This document shows positions 29,075 through 39,116 of a stretch of 64,000 bases of DNA, piece after piece. A program made the position numbers and the translations under genes. The first letter of the stretch is position 1. Every line of letters starts with the position of its first letter. Under the pieces are notes generated by a model. That model did no database searches, was not told where the DNA came from, and saw only the letters and a program-made list of their open reading frames with translations. Origin of the DNA: an uncultured Gammaproteobacteria bacterium (GTDB lineage Bacteria > Patescibacteriota > Microgenomatia > UBA8517); contig CAZTVZ010000002.1 of assembly GCA_964617045.1 (NCBI GenBank), positions 12,095 through 76,094 of the forward strand, written 5' to 3'.

Positions 29075-31690
29075 ATGAAAAAAATAATATTATTAATTCT
29101 ACTAATAGTATCGGTAGTATTCTCCGTTTTACACTTTGGGGGAATAATAAGTGCAGACGATCCGCCCGTAATCAGCGATATTACCATTGTTCCGGATCTG
29201 GATATTTCCAGGTTTCTTCCGTACAACATCACTGCTCAAATAACCAATTGGCCCACATCAAGCTCGGCGACAGTAAGGATTGAAAACATCAACGGAAATG
29301 GAAACACTTCGTGTTGGGATTATTACGCCGACGGGACATGCGGATCTTCACCAATTGAGTTAACGATGAATTATGACTCGGGAAGTCTTTGGGAATCCAT
29401 AAATGTTTATCCCGATTATATTTATCCGGAGATCTATTTTGCCCCATCAGCAATTACTTGGGCAAATGCTCCTTCCAATATTTCCGTTCGACGAGGGAGC
29501 TACCATATGCTTCATTTTCATAATCCGTTTACCATGACTGCGAATCAAAGCTTTTGGATTGAATTTAATTCCGTTCCGGTAAACACCTCAACCTCAGCCG
29601 ATATGCAGATATATCTAGTCGAGAAAAATCACGACATTACTTACTTTAATTCCGATTGGAGAAATAATGCCGGAGTAGAGCTTGTAGGAACTTTTCTCAG
29701 GACTGCCACTTTTCATCACACCCATTCGGCAAACTCTTCCCATCATTTGGTTACTTTATCGACCAATGCCGATAAAACAGTCGGAACAAAAAGTCTGGAC
29801 ATATCGGGGGATTTTTGGGTAGTAATCTATACCGATGCTCAACCGGCCAACAGATCTTGGAATTTGCGTTATCAAACAAGTAGCCTTTGTACCAATACCA
29901 ACAGGTGGTATGTGGGAAATATTTCTGGATGGACAACGACTTATCAAAACGGATGTCCGGATGTGCATATTCATACTGCAAGAAGGGGTACAAATGCCGA
30001 CAATGTTTCGGCAACTGTTATTGCCGGAGGATCTTCAACCACAGAAACATTTTCTTTTGAGCCATTACCGAATTTACCCCCAAATTCAACGAGCTTTATA
30101 ACACCTGCCGTAAACGGATCTTATGCAGGAGTTGTTCCGATTACCTGGGATCCCGCAAGCGACCCAAATGGAGACTCCCTTACGTATAATTTGTTTTTAT
30201 TAAATTCGGAAGGAGCTACCGTCAGTACTTTGGCAACAGGTACGTCTTCAACTTCGTATAATCTTTCAACCGTCGGAGTTGTGGCCAACGGAAATTATGG
30301 CCTTAAAGGAGAGGTTTGCGACGGAGTGAACCCTTGTGTCGAATTTCTGCTCGGAGGGATATTCACAGTTGATAATACCGATCCAATAAGAACAATTTCC
30401 TCGGTTGTCATATCAAGCAACAATTCGAACACTTCATATGCAAAAGCAGGAGATGAAGTAACAATTGCTTTTGTTGCAAGCGGATCAATGGATGCTCCGA
30501 CGGTCGAAGTTTACTCCGGTGGAATTTCAGTTGTCGATACAATAAGTGTGACGAACCCATCGGGAGAAAATTGGGAAGCAGCGTTTACAGTTGGTTCGAT
30601 TGATACGGATGGGACGGTCGAGTTTAATATTAGTTCCACCGAATTAGATCGTGATTATTCCGCAACGACAGATTCTTCGTTGGTGACGATTGACAACACC
30701 GCTCCCTCAAATCCGGCATATTCTCCGTCTGCGAATTATTATTCCTCTTCACAAAACGTAGCAATAACCTCATCCGGATCTAACCATATTAGATTTACGA
30801 CTGACGGAACTAGTCCGACTTGTTCTTCTGGTAACCTGTACTCAAGTCCGATTAATGTTCTTTCGTCGATAACCATAAAATCAGTTGGATGTGATACTGC
30901 TGGTAACATTTCCGGTGTATCCGAGGCAAGGTATGATATTGCCGTTCCTGCCCCGACTTGTTCGGGACAGAAGATTGAAACAACTCCGGATTTATTTGAA
31001 ATCAGAACAACAAAAGACAGTGCTCAAATATTCTTCACTCCAATTTCGGGAGTGAATAATTACCATCTTAGTTATTCGGCAAACAGCAATGCCGAAGAAC
31101 ATGGATTAGAAGAAGTTTTGGATTCGGAAGGTGTGCAAACTCTTAATGTAAAAAGTCTTGAACCTGGGACGAAATACTATTTTAAAATCAGAGGTCATAA
31201 CAATTGTTCAAGCAGTGATTGGTCCGAAATATTTGCCGTTTCAACTATCATAGAAGCAACCGGTGTTCAAAGGACAAGTGAGTATAGCGGTTTAAAAATA
31301 GATAACACCGAAATCAAGAAAAGTGGAGAAGGAGAAGAGAAAGAGGGCAAAAAACTGATTATCAAAGTTCTCAAAGACGGCCTTCCGCTTCCTAATACCA
31401 AGGTTGAGATACATACCAAACCGATGGTTGGTTTTACCAATGACGAAGGGGTAGTTACGTTTGAGAATGTGGAAGAAGGCGATCATACAATAAAGATAAT
31501 CCACGAAAATGGTGAAGACGAACAGCCTTTGGCAATTTCGGGTGATAAATCACAATACGATATTGTTGTTAATGTTTCCTTGCAACAAAAAGAAGAAAAA
31601 CCGATAAATTATCTGTATTACGTAATAGGGGTGTTGTTAATTCCAGTAATATTCTTTATTATTCTGAAAAGGAAAAAGAGAAATGGATAA
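29075..31690 (+). CDS. large cell-surface protein (871 aa): signal peptide, Ig/FN3-like modules, carboxypeptidase-regulatory-like domain, C-terminal TM anchor
   Basis: N-terminal signal peptide. FN3-like module (YYFKIRGHNNCSSSDWSEI). CarbopepD_reg-like KVLKDGLPLPNTKVEIHTK...GDHTIKI. C-terminal hydrophobic helix followed by KRKKRNG. Confidence 0.75.
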   Translation: MKKIILLILLIVSVVFSVLHFGGIISADDPPVISDITIVPDLDISRFLPYNITAQITNWPTSSSATVRIENINGNGNTSCWDYYADGTCGSSPIELTMNYDSGSLWESINVYPDYIYPEIYFAPSAITWANAPSNISVRRGSYHMLHFHNPFTMTANQSFWIEFNSVPVNTSTSADMQIYLVEKNHDITYFNSDWRNNAGVELVGTFLRTATFHHTHSANSSHHLVTLSTNADKTVGTKSLDISGDFWVVIYTDAQPANRSWNLRYQTSSLCTNTNRWYVGNISGWTTTYQNGCPDVHIHTARRGTNADNVSATVIAGGSSTTETFSFEPLPNLPPNSTSFITPAVNGSYAGVVPITWDPASDPNGDSLTYNLFLLNSEGATVSTLATGTSSTSYNLSTVGVVANGNYGLKGEVCDGVNPCVEFLLGGIFTVDNTDPIRTISSVVISSNNSNTSYAKAGDEVTIAFVASGSMDAPTVEVYSGGISVVDTISVTNPSGENWEAAFTVGSIDTDGTVEFNISSTELDRDYSATTDSSLVTIDNTAPSNPAYSPSANYYSSSQNVAITSSGSNHIRFTTDGTSPTCSSGNLYSSPINVLSSITIKSVGCDTAGNISGVSEARYDIAVPAPTCSGQKIETTPDLFEIRTTKDSAQIFFTPISGVNNYHLSYSANSNAEEHGLEEVLDSEGVQTLNVKSLEPGTKYYFKIRGHNNCSSSDWSEIFAVSTIIEATGVQRTSEYSGLKIDNTEIKKSGEGEEKEGKKLIIKVLKDGLPLPNTKVEIHTKPMVGFTNDEGVVTFENVEEGDHTIKIIHENGEDEQPLAISGDKSQYDIVVNVSLQQKEEKPINYLYYVIGVLLIPVIFFIILKRKKRNG

Positions 31691-32141
31691 AGAGAAAAAT
31701 ATATTATTTGGTATTCTCGTGGCGGCGGTTATTCTGACCGCAGGACTATTAATATATAACAGCAATAAAAAGATTGTTGATGGTCCAATATTGGAAGACG
31801 GAAAGGAGGTTGAAACAGTGGGAAATTTACAAATTGAAGATTTGGCAGTCGGTAACGGAGCTGAAGCCGTAAAAGGAAATATTATTACGGTAAATTACAA
31901 AGGGACACTTACCGACGGTACACAGTTTGACAGTTCATACGATAGAGGAGAACCTTTTTCATTTAATCTTGGTGCCGGTCAGGTAATCCAAGGATGGGAA
32001 GAAGGATTTGTCGGAATGAAAGTGGGAGGAAAAAGAAAATTAACTATTCCTCCTTCAATGGGGTACGGATCAAGAGACATGGGAGTAATTCCTCCCAATT
32101 CGACATTGATTTTCGAGGTAGAACTATTAAAAGTAGAATAA
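31683..32141 (+). CDS. FKBP-type peptidyl-prolyl cis-trans isomerase (membrane-anchored)
   Basis: FKBP core VNYKGTLTDGTQFDSSYDRGEPFSFNLGAGQVIQGWEEG...LIFEVELL. N-terminal TM. Confidence 0.85.
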   Translation: MDKEKNILFGILVAAVILTAGLLIYNSNKKIVDGPILEDGKEVETVGNLQIEDLAVGNGAEAVKGNIITVNYKGTLTDGTQFDSSYDRGEPFSFNLGAGQVIQGWEEGFVGMKVGGKRKLTIPPSMGYGSRDMGVIPPNSTLIFEVELLKVE

Positions 32142-32185
32142 GTTTGGTTTGAATTGGTTATCTCTCGGAGTTATACTATCCGACA

Positions 32186-32395
32186 ATGAAAGAAAAACTA
32201 ACAGCAAACGAAGCCAGGGTGGAACTTGTAAGAGAGTTGTATGGCAAAGGAGTAAAATCCGAAAATCTTTCTGAAGACACTTCTCCTTGGGTAAAAGTAT
32301 CATTGGAAGGTCTTGAAAGAGGAGAGCCTTTAAACGAGGATACATTGTCAAAAATAGATATTTCCCAAAACAATAAATCCGCTCCAATAAAATAA
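32186..32395 (+). CDS. hypothetical small acidic protein (69 aa)
   Basis: ORF only, in intergenic space before tgt. Confidence 0.3.
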   Translation: MKEKLTANEARVELVRELYGKGVKSENLSEDTSPWVKVSLEGLERGEPLNEDTLSKIDISQNNKSAPIK

Positions 32396-32398
32396 TCA

Positions 32399-33472
32399 AT
32401 GAAAAAGTATTTTAGATCACGGTCAGGCAATATTTCTATGCCCATGTTTTTTCCCGATGCAACAAGAGCAGTTATTAGAACACTGGATTCTCAAGATATT
32501 ATTAATTCCGGAACAAAAGGCGTACTGGTTAATACTTTTCATCTTTGGCAAGAGATCAATACGAACACACTAGAAAAGTCGAATGGAATCGGTAATTTCA
32601 TGAATTTTAAGGGAGGTATTATTTCCGATTCGGGAGGATTCCAGGTGATGTCCTTGATAAAAAGCGGAGAAATGAAAGGAAAAGTAACCGATGAGGGTGT
32701 TGTAATGTATCCTTCAAGGAACAAAAAAGTTGTTTTGACTCCGGAGAAATCAATTGCCTTTCAAATTAGTTTGGGTACAGACATGGTTGTTGTTTTAGAT
32801 GATTTTACGGATCCTGATTCTACCCATGATGAAGCAAAGATGTCCGTTGAACGAACAATCGAATGGGCAAAAAGATCGAAGAAAGAGTTTGAAAAATTAA
32901 CAAAAGGAAAAAAACAAAAACCGTATCTTCTGGGTGTTTCCCAGGGTGGTTATTATCAAGATTTGAGAAAATATTGCACCGAAGAGCTGGTAAAAATAGG
33001 ATTTGACGGTTTAGGATACGGAGGCTGGCCTCTTAATAAAGACGGATCTTTTGATTATGAATCGGCAAGGACAATTTCCGATAACTCCCCCGAAGATTAT
33101 TTATTATATGGATTGGGAATCGGCAAGCCCGAAGAAATAGTTGAGTTAACCAAGATGGGATATTCCATATTTGATTGTGTATTGCCAACAAGAGATGCTA
33201 GACATAAAAGACTTTATTTATATACAGCAAAATCGTACAAAGATATTACTCTTAAAGGAAAATTCTACACTTATTACACTCCGGATAGAAGTGCTTATAC
33301 AGATGATTTGAGTAGTATCTCCGAAGCTTGTGATTGTTTGTTGTGTAAAAATTACTCAAAAGCTTATTTAGCACATTTGTTTAAAAAAGAACCGATGTCT
33401 GCAATGCGTTTATCTACTATTCACAATCTCCGTTTTTATTCAATGTTAATGGAAAAATTGCAAAACAGTTGA
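32399..33472 (+). CDS. tgt: queuine tRNA-ribosyltransferase (tRNA-guanine transglycosylase)
   Basis: Catalytic DSGGFQV, zinc site CDCLLC...H, TIM-barrel pattern. 357 aa. Confidence 0.85.
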   Translation: MKKYFRSRSGNISMPMFFPDATRAVIRTLDSQDIINSGTKGVLVNTFHLWQEINTNTLEKSNGIGNFMNFKGGIISDSGGFQVMSLIKSGEMKGKVTDEGVVMYPSRNKKVVLTPEKSIAFQISLGTDMVVVLDDFTDPDSTHDEAKMSVERTIEWAKRSKKEFEKLTKGKKQKPYLLGVSQGGYYQDLRKYCTEELVKIGFDGLGYGGWPLNKDGSFDYESARTISDNSPEDYLLYGLGIGKPEEIVELTKMGYSIFDCVLPTRDARHKRLYLYTAKSYKDITLKGKFYTYYTPDRSAYTDDLSSISEACDCLLCKNYSKAYLAHLFKKEPMSAMRLSTIHNLRFYSMLMEKLQNS

Positions 33473-33507
33473 CAAACAAGATTTAAATAGTTAAACTGCG
33501 ACGCAAT

Positions 33508-34161
33508 ATGGAAGAAGACCAATCACAGCAAGTTCAAACACAAGAAGTATTGAATCCTGCACCCATGGATGAAACTCCAAGCGTCGGCTTTCCCACAATG
33601 CCTCCTCAAAGACAGAAGTCAGGCGGCGGAAAATTAATTTTTGTAATTCTCGGAATTCTAATTCTTATTGGTTTGGGAGTATTTCTATTTGCAAGAGGTG
33701 GATCTGAAGAAAATATTTCCATATCACCCACTCCCACCGACTTTATTGAAGAAACCCCCACCCCTGAGGAGTCTACAACACCGACACCAACAGCTACTTC
33801 AATCGATAAAACGGAAATAACGATTGAAATTAAAAACGGTACGGGAATTGCAGGAGAAGCGGCTTTTCTTCAAACCAAACTGAAGGCTTTGGGATATTCG
33901 GATATGAGTGCCGGAAATGCCGATTCTCAGAACGAAACGACAACGACAGTTACTTTCTCGAAAACAACTCCATCTACCGTTGTTGATGAAATTACAAAAG
34001 AATTGGAAACAATATATACGGAAGTGACCGCCAAAACCTCTTCTACTCAAAAATCAGAAGTAGTAATTATTACCGGACTCCGAAAAGGTGCAACACCAAA
34101 GCCGTCCGCAACCGCAACGCCAACGGCAACAAAAACCCCAACCCCTACTGTTAACGACTGA
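33508..34161 (+). CDS. LytR_C-domain membrane protein with Pro/Thr-rich linkers
   Basis: N-terminal TM. LytR C-terminal-like IEIKNGTGIAGEAAFLQTKLKALGY. PT-rich tails. Confidence 0.55.
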   Translation: MEEDQSQQVQTQEVLNPAPMDETPSVGFPTMPPQRQKSGGGKLIFVILGILILIGLGVFLFARGGSEENISISPTPTDFIEETPTPEESTTPTPTATSIDKTEITIEIKNGTGIAGEAAFLQTKLKALGYSDMSAGNADSQNETTTTVTFSKTTPSTVVDEITKELETIYTEVTAKTSSTQKSEVVIITGLRKGATPKPSATATPTATKTPTPTVND

Positions 34162-34183
34162 TTTCTTCATTATTATTGTCTGA

Positions 34184-34669
34184 TTGTGTAAAATAATAGT
34201 AATGCCTGATATATTCGCAAAGTTAACCAGTAGTTTGAATTTTGAAATTCCCTTGGGTTCCTTTTCTTTCAGGCCTGCTGTGTGGCAGGCAATTGCCATA
34301 GTTGGTCTTATTTTTCTGCTTATTGTTGTTCTGGCAAGTGTACGAAGACATCATGTTGATTGGTCTTTTAAAGGAGCAGGTTTTGGAATTTTTTTTGGAT
34401 TTCTTCTTGCACTGATACTGGAAGGATTTTTAATTATTGGAGGAAGAACAGTATTTACCGAGTTGATCGGATGGGAAAATGCACCAAAACCGATAATGGT
34501 CGCCTTGGACAGAGGAAGAGAAAAATTGGTTGAGGTGCTCGGTGTAACCGATGAAATACCGACTTCAAATGCAAAAGATAAAGATAGTGTTGACACGGTT
34601 ATCGATAAATACCAGACCTTAACCCCCGAGGAGGCGAAAAAAGTTCGGGGAATGATTTGCCCCAACTAA
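34184..34669 (+). CDS. hypothetical membrane protein (2 TM)
   Basis: ORF with two hydrophobic helices; no motif. Confidence 0.4.
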   Translation: MCKIIVMPDIFAKLTSSLNFEIPLGSFSFRPAVWQAIAIVGLIFLLIVVLASVRRHHVDWSFKGAGFGIFFGFLLALILEGFLIIGGRTVFTELIGWENAPKPIMVALDRGREKLVEVLGVTDEIPTSNAKDKDSVDTVIDKYQTLTPEEAKKVRGMICPN

Positions 34670-34687
34670 GCTGATATACTTCCAGGT

Positions 34688-35761
34688 ATGTATGACATAA
34701 AACAAAGAATTGAAGATTTGGCCGAAAAGTACGCCGAATTTCTGAATTCCGTTAACTTAGACGGTAAAAAAGAAAATTATGGAAAGTTGGAAGGCGAATC
34801 TACGGATCCGTCATTGTGGAATGATCAGGAAAAAGCGAAAAATACTCTTAGAAAATTTGCTGACCTGAAAAAAGAAATCGAAGAAATTGAATCACTCGGA
34901 GATGAAATCAACACTCTTAAAGAGCTCTGCACAATGGAAGATTTATCCGAAGAACTTGAAAAAGAAGTGCTGAAAGCAGAAAAAACATTTCAAAAACTAA
35001 CTTTAAGTTCGTTTTTGTCCGGAAAATATGACAAAAATAATGCAATAGTCTCGATTCATGCCGGCCAAGGTGGAACAGAAGCAATGGATTGGTCAAGTAT
35101 GCTTCTTAGGATGTATTTGAAATATTGCGAGAATAAGGGATGGGAAACATCTGTAATCGATATGACCAGTGGTGAAGAGGCGGGAATAAAAAGTGTTACT
35201 TTTAAAGTTGTCGGACACTATGCATATGGTTATATGAAAGGTGAAGCAGGAGCTCATAGGTTGGTAAGACAATCACCTTTTAACGCGGACAAATTAAGAC
35301 AAACATCTTTCTCCTTGGTGGAAGTTCTTCCAGAAATTGAAGATGTGGATTCAGATACTATCCTTAAAGAAGAAGATATTGAAGTTCAATTTTTTCATTC
35401 ATCTTCACAAGGTGGACAAAACGTACAAAAAGTTTCTACGGCGGTAAGATTAACCCACAAACCGACGGGAATTGTTGTTACCGCTCAAGCGGAAAGATTT
35501 CAGGAACAAAACAGGAAAAACGCAATGAACCTCCTGCGTGCCAAACTTTGGGCACTTGAACAAGAAAAAGCACTTGCCGAAAAACGTGCCATTAAAGGTG
35601 AATATCGCCCTGCCGGATGGGGGACTCAGATCAGATCATATGTATTACATCCTTATAAAATGGTTAAAGATTTGAGAACTGAAGTTGAAACATCAAATAC
35701 GGAGGCTGTTCTTGACGGAGATCTCGATATGTTCGTTGAAGCGGAATTGCAATTGAATTAA
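34688..35761 (+). CDS. prfB: peptide chain release factor 2 (encoded without programmed frameshift)
   Basis: GGQ motif (SSQGGQNVQKV), SPF tripeptide (RQSPFNAD) specific to RF2. Continuous 357-aa ORF. Confidence 0.9.
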   Translation: MYDIKQRIEDLAEKYAEFLNSVNLDGKKENYGKLEGESTDPSLWNDQEKAKNTLRKFADLKKEIEEIESLGDEINTLKELCTMEDLSEELEKEVLKAEKTFQKLTLSSFLSGKYDKNNAIVSIHAGQGGTEAMDWSSMLLRMYLKYCENKGWETSVIDMTSGEEAGIKSVTFKVVGHYAYGYMKGEAGAHRLVRQSPFNADKLRQTSFSLVEVLPEIEDVDSDTILKEEDIEVQFFHSSSQGGQNVQKVSTAVRLTHKPTGIVVTAQAERFQEQNRKNAMNLLRAKLWALEQEKALAEKRAIKGEYRPAGWGTQIRSYVLHPYKMVKDLRTEVETSNTEAVLDGDLDMFVEAELQLN

Positions 35762-35790
35762 TTCATTGCAAGGTGCTATATTAGTTTATT

Positions 35791-36264
35791 ATGGATAACA
35801 TGCCGGTAAGACCAATGATTCCACAATCTCCACAGCCCACTGTACGGCCAATAAAGAAGTTCGATATAAAAAGTAATGCCATGCTTATTGCAGGTGTATT
35901 TTTGGTTGTTGCCTTGGGTGTGGGATCCGGATATTTATTGGCAAGGCAGGGTGTTCTTGGAGGATCAACCTCCACAAAAAGTGAAAGTACCGGAAAAGTT
36001 GAATCAATGACCGAAGCAGGTATTGATGATGAATCGCAATTTCCTGATACGGCCGAGGGTACGCTTGAAGAGGGTGGAATTGCAGGGGAAGGTACCCACC
36101 ATCTTGTTAGAACCGGAGGATCTTCACAAACCGTTTATCTTACCTCTACCGTAATAAATATGGATAATTTTGCAGGAAAGAAGGTTAAGGTTTGGGGTCA
36201 AACAGTATCCGCCAAAAAAGCGGGTTGGTTAATGGATGTGGGAAAAATTAAAGTAACCGAATAA
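35791..36264 (+). CDS. hypothetical membrane-anchored protein
   Basis: Pro-rich N-terminus, one TM, Ser/Thr/Gly-rich ectodomain. Confidence 0.4.
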   Translation: MDNMPVRPMIPQSPQPTVRPIKKFDIKSNAMLIAGVFLVVALGVGSGYLLARQGVLGGSTSTKSESTGKVESMTEAGIDDESQFPDTAEGTLEEGGIAGEGTHHLVRTGGSSQTVYLTSTVINMDNFAGKKVKVWGQTVSAKKAGWLMDVGKIKVTE

Positions 36265-36314
36265 TCTTCAAAAGCTTTATTTAAATCTTTTCATTTGATA
36301 CCCTTATTACAGCA

Positions 36315-37049
36315 ATGATTAAGTTTAAAAATGTATCAAAATCCTTCGGCAGCATTAAAGCATTGGAAGATGTTTCTTTTGAAGTAGACAAAGGAGAGTT
36401 TGTTTTTTTGACAGGCCCTTCCGGTGCTGGTAAAACAACACTTTTAAGACTTCTTTTGAGAGAGATGAAAGCGGACAAGGGAAAGATAGAGTTTGACGAT
36501 GTCGATATCACAACCTTACCCGACGAATATATTCCCCAATTTAGACAAAAAATCGGGGTTGTTTTTCAAGATTTCAAAATCCTTGAAGAAAGAACCGTAA
36601 GAGAGAATGTTGAAGTTGCGCTGGCCGTACTTGGAGTTCCGGAAGATCATTGGAAGGCAAGAGTTGATCAGGTTTTGAAACTTGTCGGTCTTTATGACAG
36701 ATCTGAACTATTTCCCAGGCAACTATCCGGTGGTGAAATTCAAAGAACTTCGATTGCAAGAGCTTTGGTTGTAAATCCAAAAATTATTCTTGCGGACGAA
36801 CCTACCGGTAATTTGGATTGGGAAACTGCGGACGGGCTCTTGGATTTGATGGAGAAAATAAACAAAGAAGGAAAAACAATAATTATGGCCACCCACAATC
36901 ATATGGTTTTGGAAAAGTATAAAAAGAGAAATATTAAAATTAAAGACGGAAAGATAGTCAGTAAAGAAAAAGTATCGGAAGAAAAACCCCATTCGACCGA
37001 AGAGCACAAAGAAGATAAAATGAAAGTTGAGGAAGAAAAAAATGAGTAA
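36315..37049 (+). CDS. ftsE: cell division ATP-binding protein FtsE (with Lys/Glu-rich C-terminal tail)
   Basis: ABC ATPase motifs GPSGAGKTT, LSGGEIQR, ILADEPTGNLD. Immediately followed by ftsX. Confidence 0.9.
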   Translation: MIKFKNVSKSFGSIKALEDVSFEVDKGEFVFLTGPSGAGKTTLLRLLLREMKADKGKIEFDDVDITTLPDEYIPQFRQKIGVVFQDFKILEERTVRENVEVALAVLGVPEDHWKARVDQVLKLVGLYDRSELFPRQLSGGEIQRTSIARALVVNPKIILADEPTGNLDWETADGLLDLMEKINKEGKTIIMATHNHMVLEKYKKRNIKIKDGKIVSKEKVSEEKPHSTEEHKEDKMKVEEEKNE

Positions 37050-37959
37050 TATTCATTTCAAAACGGCAACGGATTCCATAAGAAGATCTCCTTTCCAGGC
37101 ATTATCAGCAATTGTTGTTTTAACCCTCACTTTCTTTGTTGCAACAATGATGGCCGTTGTTGTTTATTCGACGTCCAATCTTATTAAATATTTCGAAACA
37201 AGACCTCAAATTATTGCTTTTCTCAAATCCGATTCAAACCCAGAGCAAATAGCAGATTTGCAAAACAGACTTGGACAGAACGAAAAATTAAAAGATGTTA
37301 AGTATGTATCCAAAGAAGAAGCACTATCTATATATAAAAGTGCGACATCGGATAACCCTCTTCTGGGAGAGCTTGTGAGCCCTTCAATATTTCCTGCCTC
37401 TTTGGAATTTTCGTTGGAAAATCTATCGTATGCAGAGGAGGTTATTAATTCTGTAAAGGAAGAACAAATTGTCGACCAGGTTGGTTTCACTGCCAGTTTG
37501 GGAGGGGAATCAACTCTAAACGATGTTGTCTCCAGATTGAGAACAATATCCTATTATGTCCGTATCGGTGGGGCGGTACTTGTCGCCATGTTGGCAGCAG
37601 TTTCATTCCTGGTTCTTGTTGTAATAATCGGCATGAGAATGGCTTCGAGAAAGGGAGAAATGGAAATATTGGATTTGATAGGTGCGACGCCTGCGTTTAT
37701 TCGTAGCCCGATTGTATTGGAAGCAACGATATATGCCCTGACTGGTGTATTTATAGGTTGGGTCACTTCTTTTCTTTTTTGGCTATACCTTACCCCGAAT
37801 GTAATTCGCTATTTCGGGGAGATTCCGGTTTTACCAGTGGGTACTCTGGATTTCTTCCTCCTCTTCCTCATTATTTTGGGGGGAGAACTGTTGATTGGAT
37901 TTCTCCTCACGTTATTTGGTAGCTTGCTTGCTATATCACGAGCACGCAAAACCAAATGA
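37042..37959 (+). CDS. ftsX: cell division permease FtsX
   Basis: 4-TM topology with large first extracytoplasmic loop. ATG overlaps ftsE stop. ORF-track start 37027. Confidence 0.85.
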   Translation: MSNIHFKTATDSIRRSPFQALSAIVVLTLTFFVATMMAVVVYSTSNLIKYFETRPQIIAFLKSDSNPEQIADLQNRLGQNEKLKDVKYVSKEEALSIYKSATSDNPLLGELVSPSIFPASLEFSLENLSYAEEVINSVKEEQIVDQVGFTASLGGESTLNDVVSRLRTISYYVRIGGAVLVAMLAAVSFLVLVVIIGMRMASRKGEMEILDLIGATPAFIRSPIVLEATIYALTGVFIGWVTSFLFWLYLTPNVIRYFGEIPVLPVGTLDFFLLFLIILGGELLIGFLLTLFGSLLAISRARKTK

Positions 37960-39116
37960 AAAGAATATTATTAATTTTCCTCTTATTAATTATCGTTACA
38001 CTTCTGAATCTATTCGGATCGAAGATAAGAGCCCAATCATGTACCGATATTAGTGATTTAAACGAAAGAATTTCCTGTTTGGAGGGGGAAGTATCCAAGC
38101 TGAAAAACCAGGGTGCAACATTGGCTAATCAAGTTGCACAATTTGATACGCAAATTCGCCTAACCCAATTGAAAATATCTCAAACCGAAGAAAAAATATC
38201 CCTTCTTGGAGGAAGAATTGATCAACTTGAAGGATCTCTGGACGCACTAACAAATGCTTTTTCATCTCGAGCAGTTGAAACATACAAAATGTCGAGACTT
38301 GGGGACCCCGCTTATATTATTATCTCGGCACCAAATCTCAACGAAGCAATGTCAAGATTCCATTACCTTCAAAGAATCCAAGAATCAGATCAAGATTTGC
38401 TCCAAAGATTAACTTCCGCACAAAACACTTATAAAAACGAAAAAGTGGATCAAGAGGAATTACAGGAACAATTACAGAAACAAAAAGCAGAGTTGGATTC
38501 CCAGAGAAGAGCTAAAAACACTCTCCTTGCCGAAACAAAAAACAGTGAATCCAAATATCAATCCCTTCTTAATCAGGCAAAAGCTCAGCTTGCGGCTATG
38601 CGCAGATTCGTTACGACTCAAGGAGGAGCAACAATACTTTCCAATCAAACCAAGTGCGACAGTTGGGGATGCTATTACAACCAAAGAGATGCCGAATGGG
38701 GCAATCTTGGATTGGGAGGGTCTTCGTATTCCGTTGCGGGATATGGATGTTTGGTTAGTTCCGTTTCAATGATTGCCAGTCATTACGGGAAAAACATTAA
38801 ACCAGGAAATATTGCAGTAATCGGTGAAGCATTTGTCCCCGGTACGGGTTACCTATATCACAGTTTCTCTGTAAATGGTGTAAAAGTGAGCATCTCTTCG
38901 GCTTCAAGGGACAACTTGGACAGCTATCTTAATTCCGGACAACCGGTAATTGCGGGCCTTTATTCGGGACCGGACCATTTTATTGTCATTCTTCGCAAAG
39001 ACGGAAATAATTACATAATGCATGATCCGTTTTTGGAAAATGGAGGAAACAGAAATCTTTCGGATAAATATAGCGTATCCGACATAAGCAGTTTAAGACT
39101 TGTATCCTTCAACTAG
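37956..39116 (+). CDS. coiled-coil protein with C-terminal C39-like (papain-fold) cysteine peptidase domain; candidate FtsEX-associated PG hydrolase (PcsB/EnvC analog)
   Basis: Signal peptide, about 200-aa heptad-rich coiled coil. C-terminal GYGCLVSSVSMIASHYG (Cys) and DHFIVIL...IMHDP (His) match the Peptidase_C39_2 pattern. Gene overlaps ftsX stop. Confidence 0.65.
   Translation: MKRILLIFLLLIIVTLLNLFGSKIRAQSCTDISDLNERISCLEGEVSKLKNQGATLANQVAQFDTQIRLTQLKISQTEEKISLLGGRIDQLEGSLDALTNAFSSRAVETYKMSRLGDPAYIIISAPNLNEAMSRFHYLQRIQESDQDLLQRLTSAQNTYKNEKVDQEELQEQLQKQKAELDSQRRAKNTLLAETKNSESKYQSLLNQAKAQLAAMRRFVTTQGGATILSNQTKCDSWGCYYNQRDAEWGNLGLGGSSYSVAGYGCLVSSVSMIASHYGKNIKPGNIAVIGEAFVPGTGYLYHSFSVNGVKVSISSASRDNLDSYLNSGQPVIAGLYSGPDHFIVILRKDGNNYIMHDPFLENGGNRNLSDKYSVSDISSLRLVSFN

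Noticed and set aside
34740-34800. Programmed +1 frameshift site in prfB
   Set aside because: RF2 is one uninterrupted ORF from ATG 34688; no CUU-UGA-C context near codon 25.
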